This document shows, piece after piece, positions 1-11,700 of a stretch of DNA of 64,000 nucleotides. The stretch is taken from contig NC_087437.1 in the NCBI RefSeq assembly GCF_036321535.1, forward strand, positions 93,870,001 to 93,934,000, written 5' to 3'. Below the pieces are notes generated by a model. The model made no database searches, was not told where the DNA came from, and saw nothing but the letters and a program-made list of their open reading frames with translations. Source of the stretch: Camelus dromedarius (taxonomy: Eukaryota). The translations under genes were made by a program, and so were the position numbers. How positions within the stretch are numbered: position 1 is the stretch's first letter; every line of letters starts with the position of its first letter.

Positions 1-53
1 TGTATATTAGTCATGTATCCTATTGGTTCTATTTTTCTGGAGAACTCTAATAC
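1..53 (+). mobile_element. 3' end of MLT2-like (ERVL) LTR, cut by window edge
   Basis: TATCCTATTGGTTCTATTTTTCTGGAGAACTCTAATACA matches the recalled MLT2 3' terminus. Confidence 0.7.
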
Positions 54-3000
54 AGGGATTCTGTAGGAGGGTAGAGAATCTGAACTAGCATTTGAAGGTG
101 AAGATTATTGAAATTTAAATTACATTAAAGTGTTGTTCAAAATCAATGTCAGCCTCTGTCTAAAATCTCTTTTCTGGACAGGCTGGACCACTAAATACTA
201 ACTTTCCTGGATACCATTGTCCTTGAAGTTGTGGATGATTTCAAATCCTGTGATGAAGTACAGTGAGATAAAAAAGTGATATGGGAGGCAGTACTGACCT
301 GATTATAAAGCCAACAATATTGGTCTCTTTTTTTCCTGAATGAGCTGAGGATTTGTGATTGTTACAAAAAAAGCAACGTGATTTCTGTCCAATTATGTGA
401 TGCAGCCTTGGGAGTATTTGCTTTCACTTATATCTGATATACACTTCAGTGGTCTATTTTATTCCTTGCAAGTCAACAAAAATCTACTATTATTTTCTTC
501 ACTTCTAAGAGATCATTTGCTTCTTTGCCTCCCTAAGAAGACGAGGATATCTTACGTGAGCTTCTCCCTTTCCTTCTTATGATAGCATCTATGTCACACA
601 TTTTCTCTTGCCTAAAGCTAGTTTCTCATCAGAGTTCAGAATAATTTCTCCTCCCTTTCCTCTGGGATCTTCTTCCATTTATCACCTTTCTCATTTATAT
701 TTTCAATCCCCCTTATTCTCTTGGCTACCTCCCCCTTTGTATGTGTAAATAAGCTCAAGCCCTCAATTTCTTGTAAAACAAATGAAAAAAAGTGAGAAAG
801 CAAAAAACGCATGCCACGCTCAGTTTTGTAATAGGAATGTGACAATCCTGAAAGGTTACTCTTTAAGCAGCAAGGACAATAGATGAAAGAGGGGTGCCAA
901 TGACATCTGTCAGGTATTTAGTATTTAGATGCCAGTAAAGGGCAACTAGAATAGTGACAAGGAGCAGGGGTCTGTGCATAGGCAGCTGTGAATGGGAAAA
1001 CACAGAGAAAATGAAAGAACACCCTAGTACGGAGGCAGTAAGACAGCAGAGCCAGAGACCCTCTACAGAGGGACTGGATCTGATGCTACATGGTATAAAA
1101 CTTTGGAAGGAGAGACAGTAATAGTGGTTTTTTAAAGAAATTTTGCTATTGCTTTTGTGAGATAATTTTCTCACTATTAAACATTCACATAAAAACACAG
1201 TATATATCTCTCTATACTTCTTCCTGTGCTCAAGTATTTCAGACTGTTCACAAATTCTGTTATATTTGAGTTTCAAATACATTATATTTAACATTTAACA
1301 CAGGGATTTTTTTTATAACAATGATTTGGGAAGAATGGATTGATAATGTCTTAGAAATTAGCCTGATTCTAACATAATTAAAAGCAATTACTTTTCTAAT
1401 TAAATAAACAACACATTTCCATAAAAAATTAAACAATATAGGCATTTGGAAAGCAAAAGTGTCATAATTTAGGTGAGGATAGGGGTATGGATGATAGATA
1501 CTGCTTGTCTGTACTAGTGGGTTATAAAAATGGCATGCTTTTATATTTTCTGAGGATCATTTGTACAAACCTGCTGCAGCAGAATGCCCCAACTCATCAG
1601 TTATATGATTTAGAAGTAAACCTGTAAAACTCCAGTATCAGAAGCATGGCCGATCCTTGATAAAGTTTAATGACTCAAAAAAATTGGCATAATTTAAGCC
1701 ATGAAAATGGGGCTATGTTATGCAATTTTAATTAAAGGGGTGATTTGCAGAGGCAAATAGTGATTATATAAGTTGAAATTTAGTCAAGCCATTAAGGTCA
1801 GCTGACCTAAATATATATTTACAAACCCAAAGTGATAAATGACTCCCCCTACTGAAACCCAAAATAGCATGTGTAAATTCACATTTTTTATGGACAATAT
1901 TTAAGGAAATGAAAATCAAGTTAGTTTTCTTTCTCAGAAAGTCTTTCAGTTTTAATATTATATAACATTCCCTTGATAATTGCACTACCCAAGTAATAAC
2001 CCAAAATAATCAAATCCCGTTAAAATGGGTTGTTATTAAGTCACTTTGATAACTTGAGACCCTGGGGAAAGAGAAGACATAAGTAATAAAAGATACAGAA
2101 TTTGCTCTTACGTGTTCCTGGTAATTGAAAGTATTTTTTTCCTTGCAAAAAGGAATAAAGGCAACATCTTAAAAATGCTGTTACCAAGTAATATTTCAAA
2201 AGCCTTAATACCACTTAATTTACATATTTTGCTTTGTATAGAATGAGTATCAATGAGTTTTAAATGATTTCTTGTGTTAGTATTGGTTAAGCTTAAGAAT
2301 GGGTTAATGGAATTCAAAATTCAGGTCTAATTTCATGTGAGTAAATGAAGATTTTCTTTATCTAAAGCCTTTTTAACCTAGAATAATGAGCACAGCAGTT
2401 GAGATGGGTTATGAATGAAAATGTAATCAGCTGGCAGCTGAATTCAGGATATAATTATGTTACATAAACATGTTATGGTGGCCCAGTGTAAACCAGGCTC
2501 TGACAAGATAGACAGTTTATCCAAAAGGGAATACAGGATTAAAATGCCAGAACAGTTGTAAAAATCATTGTAGGGTACTGATTTTTTTTTTCTTAATTGC
2601 AAAAGGAAATTTTTCTAAAGTAGTATTTGAACTTCAAATTGATTTTGAACATAGGGTGTTGTTAAATTATTGACAGTGAAACTGCCTATATAAATGGGCT
2701 GGCTCTACCAAAGTGGATGGTACAATAGAGTCACAACAGAATGAAAAATACTGTAAGCCTCTGGCTCGCTCCTGTCCCCACAGCATTTGTTTCAAGGTCA
2801 GAGACAGAGGTTGATATCTTCACTGTAAGAATTTCAGCATATGTAGAAGAAAAAAGTTCCTAGAAATAGTAAACTTGAAAAATGATTATTGGTTATAATT
2901 TAAGAATAATTCCACCATTCCCTAAAATGTGGAATAATATCTTTAAAGCATTCACTGAACTAATAGAAAGAAAAAAATGTCTCCAGGTGGCATTTTTTGG

Positions 3001-4171
3001 AGTTCTAGTTCACTTGCTGTTGAATCATAGCTGTTCCTCGATTCTGCTGGAAAACCTGCCTCTACTGTGTGGTGCTCTTTTAGTAGGCCTTGAAGTGGTG
3101 CTACTTTGTGCCTTCTTTCTTTTAGAGATGTTAGTCTTAGGATGTTTTACTTTTAATTTTTGTTAATTAGTACCTCTTTCTATTGAGTATTTGACTGAGA
3201 AGCATTCTAATAACCCATGCTATGCCAGGACTCAAATGACCCTTTTGTTCTGCTCACCGACCCTTGTGCCTGCTCCGCTTTCCCTGTTCCATCAGCATGA
3301 ATAACCCCTCTACACTGCTGCCTAGAAAGTTAAAGGGCGTTCTCTGTGTTTTGACATTTTAGGGAAAATTAGTCCTAAATTCTCCTACCATGCTAATGCA
3401 TCCGATCATTTTTCTAGTCAAACACACATTTTCTTTCACACTGTGACCCTGACCCACCCTGACTGATCCTCTAGACTCTAGACCCTCATCATTTTATTTG
3501 ATACTTAATAGAAAAATAGTTACAGCCCAAACTGTAAAATGAGCATCCAAAATCCGGTAAAAACTTTCCACTCACGACTTTGTTCTTTCCTATACATGTT
3601 AACAGTGGAATTCTCAGTCGTTTTGAATAGTAAAACTGCTTATTTCTTTCAGTTAGTAAATATTTATAGTTTTCCAGCATCTGATAAATATGATGGTAAA
3701 GTTGCATTTTTTTAACTTGAAGATAAGAAATACCAAAAAAATTCTCATGAATTTCCTTAAGATAGGTTAATTGATTTTCTTACGGTATTTGGAATAATAA
3801 GTTTTATAAAATTCTGTGAATTGAGACTTTTCATAATTGAGGACATTTCTAACACTGAAGACAAACAATGTCAAACATATTTACCAATATGTCAAACAAT
3901 AATAAGTGCAGCATTATGTATAAAATTTCACTGGGCCTTGATTCAGAAGTAGTAGCTTTTGGTCATTTCAGTTCTCTGGGATTTATGAACTCATTGTGAC
4001 TGTCCTTGATAGTAACAAGCCGTATTTACTGTATTTTTTAGCTTAGTTAATAAATGCCATCGTGAAACATTTGGATTAGTCTAGAGATTCTTGTAGGAAA
4101 AGAAACAAAAAATTAGAAGACCAACAAATGTGGGAACTAATCAAGTATATCTTATTTGACTTATTGTTATT

Positions 4172-4535
4172 TGTATTTGTTTTCTAGAGATACTATAACA
4201 AAGTACCACAGACTTGATGGCTTCAACAACAAAGATTTCTTTTCCCATGATTCTGGAGACTGTAAATCTGAGCTCAAGGTGTTAGCAGCGTTGGCTTCTT
4301 TGGAGCCATTCTCCTTGGCTTGTAGATGACTCTCTTCTCTTTATCTGAACTTTATCTTCCCTTTGTGTCTGTCCTTGTCCTAATCTCTTCTTCTTATAAA
4401 GGCCCACACTAATAATTTCATTTTACTTTCATTATCTCTTTAAAGACTCTATCTCCAAATACAATCACATTCTGAGGTACTGAGATTTGGAACTTCAGCA
4501 TAAGAATGTGGATGGTCACAATTCAGCCCATAACA
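4172..4535 (-). mobile_element. MaLR solo LTR (MLT1B/C-like)
   Basis: TG...CA ends. MLT1 motifs TAACAAAGTACCACAGACT and TATCTCCAAATACAATCACATTCTGAGGTACT. Flanks TTATT/ATATT fit a 5-bp TSD with 1 mismatch. Confidence 0.85.
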
Positions 4536-4604
4536 ATATTAATTTAAATAAGACATTGAAGTAAATATATAAAAGCAGGGTATACTACAAACAGGCGTTG
4601 CAGC

Positions 4605-5079
4605 TGTTGATGAAAAATTAATCAGTCGATCTAAGAAAGACATGGAAAATTTTATTTGAGCCAAATTTGAGGATTATAACCTCAATTTGAGGAAGAGCAT
4701 CCCAGAGAGCTCCGGGAACTGTTCCACTGATTAGAAATCTAGCCTAGTTATATAAGGTTTTTTGAGACAGAGAGCTGTACATCAAATGACGTATTATTGA
4801 CAGTTTACATAATTCAGATCTAAGCATCATCTCGGTGGGTCATGTGATTCCTTAGAAGATCAAGAAGAAATATCTTTTAATGAGCTGTCCTGTTGGTGCT
4901 GGGAGAATGTTATTCTTTATGGTTGAGCAGGTATTCCTGTTAATGGGGAGGTTTGGTCAATGCATAATGCAGGTGCACGGTGCCCAATACAGGGAGAGAA
5001 GAGACCTAAAGGCAGAGAAAAATTTATTTTTATGTTTAAATTTTTGTGTCTGGCCATAAAATATAAATTTTATTTTACA
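4605..5079 (-). mobile_element. ERV1-class solo LTR, 475 bp
   Basis: TG at 4605 and CA at 5079. Exact 4-bp TSD CAGC (4601-4604, 5080-5083). AATAAA on the minus strand about 50 bp from its 3' end. Confidence 0.85.
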
Positions 5080-7819
5080 CAGCAAATATATATGTTTGAA
5101 AAATAATTTGAAAAGTGTGAAGCCAGAAGAGTGAGCTGGAATGTGCATTTTCTTCATTTCTGCTATTGACCTTATGTACATCCTAAAATGCACAATCTCG
5201 GCCTTCTACACACATCTCTCCAGAACCCAGAACACAACATTCAGGTCCATGCATCAGATAATATTGTCATTAAATGACAGATGCACAATTCATATCAGCA
5301 GCACCTGTTTTAAGATCAGAGATTAAAAAAGGTTGGCATCTTTTCTGTGACATTTTAAGCATACACAGAAGAAAGAGATTCCTAGAAAGAGTAAGGTTAG
5401 AAAGCAATCATAAACTATAATTTAAGAATATTTCTATTCTTCCATAATCTATCAAAACAACTTCTTTACATCATTCAATGAGCTAATAGAAAGAAAAAAT
5501 ATCTCTACATAGAAGTTTTTACAATTCAATCTCAAGGAACAAATAGTATACTTTAGATGAATAAATTACAAATGAAAAATGTTGCCCTGACTTTACAATG
5601 TCTGAAATAGTAACTTACTATTCTCAAATATGATCTTTTATTTTCATCACTTTCATGCTCAATTAATGTTGCTGCTAGATTTATGTATTAAAATTTTATT
5701 CTTTGACTTTCTTTGATCATCCCATATAATTTTCTGTGTATATTTTTGTATTTTTTTCATTAGTTTGCTTCATTTGGGAAATTTGGACTCAATTAACTGT
5801 GTTATGGCTAGAGTATAGTTTCATAATGCTTTATGGTTTACAATATGTTTTTAAAATATAACATTTTATTAAACCATCAAAACTACTTTTAAAAATAACA
5901 CTTTTATTATAATTTACATAAGAACACTGGGAAACATCAATGCTAACTAATAGTGAGAGGCAGGATTTCTCAGTTGTAAAACAGACTTTTAAACTTAGAT
6001 TTTTTTTTTTAATTTCATCTGTTTCTTTTTCTGTAGGATATTATTCATTTGGCATAATGTCATTGAAACCTTGTTCCATCCCCACTCTGCCTTCAAAATA
6101 AAAATAATCCCATTTAAACCATAATGAATTCCTTGTCCAAGGTTAGGAAGCAGTGTAATTACTAAGGACTAATTTTGAATTATTAAGAAGGGCAGAGACC
6201 TAGGGCACTGCTTGTTTTGTTTATTCCTGTTCGAATAAAGGCTAAACAAAACAGCCAGATGATTTAAAAAAAAATGTTTAAGGGCATTTTTATTTCTTGT
6301 GATAGAAGTTTTGAATATCAAAAAAAAAAAATTTCAGCTTTAGTGGAGAGGTGCCTGGAATCAAAGTTCATCAAGTTCCATCAACAGCGACAAATAAAAG
6401 CTGTTTTATATTTTTAATATTTACCTCCAAATGTAACCCTAAGTCTGTAAGATCTGGTAATCTAAATTAAGAAAGATTTAATTTGCTGGTTACAAAGATG
6501 CTTTATTCCTTCTTTGTTTACTAAGTCAGTGCTTATTAGATTTTCCTTAATTTAATTCTCAAGTATAATCTTACCTAAAAGCACTTTTTTTTCCACACGT
6601 AGAATTAAAAATCATCTACTATATCACAAACCATACAATTTTCTAGAAATTATGAGAGAATAAAAAGCTTCCATTAAGAAATACTACTATTTCAGCTACT
6701 TTCTACAATATTTCAAAAATATTTTATACTATTAATATAGCAATTTAACACCAATGTAAAGAGACTAGACTTTGTATAAAACCCAAAGTCAATTTCTGAT
6801 ACCTAAGCTTTCATTTGTATAAATGAAGAAAGTGCCAAATATTCAGCAGAATAAAATCATTCCTTTTTTGGATCAAATTATGATGGGGTTAAGTAAAATT
6901 AAAATGCATATCCTTGGTAAACATATTAATTCAGATCTAGCCATGTGATTAAAATGCTGAATTATTAGATGAAGATTAGATGAGTTTTTTTCTTGGGTGA
7001 ATGAATATTCACTATATATCCCAAGACACATCCCAATTTCATCAACATTCTAAATGTGCTCTTCTGTCATACTGTGTTCTCCTGATTTATAATATTTTCC
7101 TCCCCACAATTCCTATATTTTAGCAAACTTTATATCTATCATTTAGTATATTGAAAGTGATGAATTAAGCTCAACTCTTTTTCTAGACAATTTTAGCCTG
7201 TATAACACCCTTTGCTTTAATAACTGACAAAAGAGTTGTAATCCTAATGTTTTAAAAATGTGAATATGTTGGAGTATTCAACGAAAATCACTATGTATTA
7301 CTTCCTTTCAGAATGGTTCAGAAGATTTCTAACAAACTGTTTAGACTATCTAAACAGAAAGACTGATTTAAATCAAAATTCACTAAACAATGCTTTAACA
7401 GTGAGGAGAATCCTGCATACATGGCAAATTTATAAACATATTCAAACATGCAATTAACACTTGCTTAGAATCAAACAGTTCATATGACTTACTAATTTTA
7501 GTTTGAGTATAATATTTATACTTTAAATTTATGAATACCAAGTACCTTATGCAACCTAGACAATGTATATTGGGAGTAAAGTAGAATATCTAAGATGATC
7601 AAAATGGGGAGCAATGTTTCAATTTTTCATTCATATCAAGAAGGTGATATTAATGTATTTTTAATAGTTTCCTCTAGTGGGGATACAGACTAAATATTCT
7701 ATTTTCTGTGTTCTATAATAGTGGTTTTTGATAGAATAAATTTTTATAAAAGAGATTTGATAAAATAGAATAGAATTGAATAAAATGAAATTGTCAGAAT
7801 ACATTAACAATGACAAGAC

Positions 7820-8064
7820 ATCATTGTGCTCAGACTCTGGGGTCAGGCAGCCTTTGTTCAAATGAGTACTCTCATGCTTCGTACTGTGAGGACTTCAGTC
7901 ATGTTACTTAATGATTCCTTGCCTCAGATCCTCAAATAGAACAAGAATAATACTGATACTTCCAATTCAGAGCACTCTTGTGGACATTATAGAAGTCATG
8001 CCGAATAAAGACCTTGTAACAGCACTTCATGCATTGGTACCCTTTAAATGGAAGCTATTATTAT
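7820..8064 (+). mobile_element. MIR SINE
   Basis: CAGACTCTGGGGTCAGGCAGCC, GTTACTTAA..GCCTCAG core and a TATTATT tail. Confidence 0.75.
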
Positions 8065-8146
8065 ACAGACTTCTGTGATTTCAAATTACCTACTTAAATT
8101 GTTTCAATGTATATGTCTGCAGGAGAAAAACTTTTCTCATTGCCTT

Positions 8147-8453
8147 TGCTGTTCTAAAACAAATAAAGTGCCAGATAGTTCTCCAGCAACAATGGGTTTA
8201 TTTGGGATCGACAGATAATTGCAATTCCGTGGCAAGCCACATGGCGAGGGAAGGAGAAGGCTTTTGAAAAAGAAGTTGGGAGGATGATAGTAGACTAAGA
8301 GTCCATGCTTTTCATTGGCTGAATTCTTGCCAGGAAAGAAGAGGAGACTTTGTTCTTCCTGTTGGGCTCTGCTGTAGTCACAGAGTGTGAGAGCTCCCCT
8401 TTCTGGTCTCCCAACTCCATTTCATTGAGGCTTCTCTTTATTAATATTTTACA
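8147..8453 (-). repeat. 3' LTR of the ERV
   Basis: Aligns to 15465-15792 (e.g. GTGTGAGAGCTCCCC...TAATATTTTACA). Preceded on the minus strand by PPT-like AATAGAGAAAAA. Confidence 0.9.
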
Positions 8454-8799
8454 TTTTTCTCTATTGATCAGTATCTTTCCCTGATAGCATCACTGATTAA
8501 GTTTCAGGTTTTCTAGTCTCAGTGGTTTTTTGCCCTATCATGTTGGAAGAAAAGTGCACAGATTGGAAACATTAAAGTCACATTCAAGTAACAAAGAGGG
8601 GTGGGAGAGAGAACTCTCAGGCACTTTTTATCTAAAGACCATGCATTATCAAAATCATAGACACTGGAGATCAACTGTAGTGTTATTCCATCATCAAAAG
8701 TTGACAGACAAACTTCCAACAGGTCTGGTTTAGATATCTTGGGAAACCTGTCTCTACAGATGTCTTCTACTTCACTTCCAGGGAATCCTTGCTGCAGGT

Positions 8800-11700
8800 C
8801 ACAAGATGATGTGTAGTAAGGGTTCTGCACTTTCTTCAGGTGCATCATGTGAATCCAAGTCTATTCCTTGCAGGCTGGCAGCACAAGGTTTGGCTAACAG
8901 TATCTGATAGGTGTCTCCCAGCCAGAGTTCTCCTGGAAGTATCTGTTCCAATAAGCTGAATCTCCAGGTTGCAAAGTGTGATACTTAGAGTCTTCATCTC
9001 TCCAGGGCACACTGTGAAAAGATTGCTGTATCAAAGCATGATCATTTTAATGGAAAAAATTAGGCCTTTGTAATATTGAAGTATCTCTTTTATCAGTTGT
9101 GGGTCAAAAGAAGCAGGAGCTCAGTGCATTGAGCGTCCTGTGATTACTTCAGGGAGTGAGTGTTTATGTGTTCCAAAAGGGGTGAATCTGAAATTCAGAA
9201 GGACAAAAGGCAATGCTTTTGGCCAAGGTATTTGGAGAGCTTCTGTAAGTGTCGCCAACTGAGTCTTAAAAATGCCATTCATATATTCCACTAAACCAGA
9301 GGATTGAGAGGGTGGGAAGCACAGCCAAACAGTTCAGATGTATTGAAATTCCTGGAGGGTAAAATGGGCTCCTTGATCACTATGAAGTTTGACAGGAGTT
9401 CCTCAGGTAGGAGATAATCTTTTCCAAAAGGATTTAGGTGCAGAAGAGACAGTAGCCTGTCTGCAAGGGAAAGCGTCAGTCCAGTGTGAAAACATGCAGA
9501 CCATGACTAAAACATTTTTATCCATGAGATGTAAGTAGTGGTGTGAAATGCATTTGTCAGACCTCAGATGGTCCATTAGGCAACTGTAAATGCCCAGGAG
9601 CAGTACTAATAGGCTTCCCTGGGTTGTACTTCAGACAAACAGGACAAGAATTGTGGCCCTGTGAATGTCTCCCCACCAGTACTGATTCATGGAGGTTGTC
9701 ATTTGTTCAGTAGACCAATGGTTTAATGCACATATAGTGGTGAAGAGTAGGAATTTTAGAGTCTCCAGTAGGACTGGATTTTTATTTGGGTCAAACCAGA
9801 GCTTTCTCTTTTTATCAAAACAATGATTGTTGAGTTTCCTTTTTTTTTTTTTTTTTTTCTTTTCTGAGGCAGATTTTGGGTTTCTCTAGCCAATTTTTCT
9901 AAATTATCATTTGGGAAAGTATCTCTTTGGACCATGACACAGATTTGGCTGCTCTTAGTCCCTTTAAAAGCAACATTCCTTTTATTTCTGTTGCCTGTGT
10001 AGACTGCCCTAGGAGAACATTGCTAAGATTCATGTCAGAGAATGTTTTGTCTATGTTTTCTTCTAGGAGGTTTATTGTGTCTTGTCTTACATTTAAATCT
10101 TTAAGACATTTTTAGTTAATTTTTGTGTATGGTGTGAGGGAGTGTTCTAACTTCATTGATTTACACGCTGCTGTCCAGCTTTGCCAACACCACTTGCTGA
10201 AGAGACTCTTTTCTCCATTATATCTTCTTGTCTCCTTGGTTGAAGATTAATTGACTATAAGTCTGTGAGTTTATTTCTGGGCTCTTTATTCTGTTCCATT
10301 GATCCGTATGTCTGTTTTTGTGCCAGTACCACACTGTTTTGATTACTGTAGCTCTATAGTATTGTCTGAAGTCTGGGAGGGTTATTCCTCAGCTTTATTC
10401 ATTTTCTTCAGTATTGCTTTGGCAATACTGGGTCTTTTGTGATTCTATATAAATTTTAGGATTATTTGTTCTAGTTCTGTGAAAAATGTCCTGGGTAATT
10501 TGATAGAGATGGCATAAAGTCTGTAGATTGCCTTGGGCAGTATGGCCTTTTTTTTTTTTAACAATATTGATTCTTCCATTCCAAGAGCATGGGATAGCTT
10601 TCCATTTCTTTAAGTCATCTTTAATTTCCTTAATCAATGTTTTGTAGTTTTCCATGTATAAGTCCCACCTCTTTGGTCAGATTTATTACTAAGCATTTAA
10701 TTGTAACTGACAAAGGTTTAATTTCCAGGATATATAAACAGCTCGTAAAGCTTAATAACAACAACAACAAAAAAAAACAACACAATCCAGAAAAGGGTAG
10801 AAGACCTAAACAAGCAATTCTCCAATGAAGACATACAAATGGCCAATAGGCACGTGAAAAAATACTCAGTATCACTAAATATCAGAGAAATGCAAATCAA
10901 AACAGAAATAGACTCACAGACATAGTGAAAAATCATGGTTACTGGGGGAAAGAGGGTGAGAAGGGATAAATTTGCAAGTTTGAGATTTGCAAATGTTAAC
11001 CATTATATATCAAAATAGATTTTAAAACAGTTATTTTTCCATGTATTCAGTATCTTGTAATAATCTTAAATGACAAATAATATGAAAATGAAAAAAAAAT
11101 CCACTCTCTTAACAACTTTCAAATATACATACAGTGTTGTTAACAATTAAAAAAAAAAAAAAGCAACATTCCTGAGGAAATATCAGCAAGGTGATTTTCC
11201 TTAGCCTCCAAAGAGTGAAATTTAGAATATCCAAGAATGTTAATAATAGCTAGAGTGACAAGTTAAAGTATTGCATTGAATAATTCCTGAATATTGGGGC
11301 CATTTTGAATTGTATTTCCACTGGAAGTAAGAAAGATATGTTGCCTCCACTACATTCCAAAATCATTAGCTACTCCAAAAGCATATCTACTATCAAGATA
11401 AATATTGGCAGTTTTGTCCTTGGTTAAAGTACAAACCCCTGTAAGAGTATATTATTTAGCCTGTTTAGCCAAAGTGGCCATAGGTAAAGATGTTGCGTTA
11501 ACAACATACAAAGGTGTTGTAAAGGTGTACCCATCTCAATATTTGGCATTGTCACTTTTTAAATAAGAATCATCAGTCAACCATGAGAAGTCAATGTTAC
11601 CCAATAGAATTTCCTGTAGATCATCAGGAGAAGTAAGTAAGTGGTCTATCAGTGTTGGGCAGTCATGAGAAACTTTGTCCATCATAGATAGAAGAGCAGT

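Noticed and set aside
863..1294. 143-aa ORF
   Set aside because: AT-driven composition, no homology recognised and no splice context.
8519..8848. 109-aa ORF as a possible env or accessory gene
   Set aside because: It starts within the decayed integrase tail and has no signal peptide, furin site, ISD or CX6CC motif.
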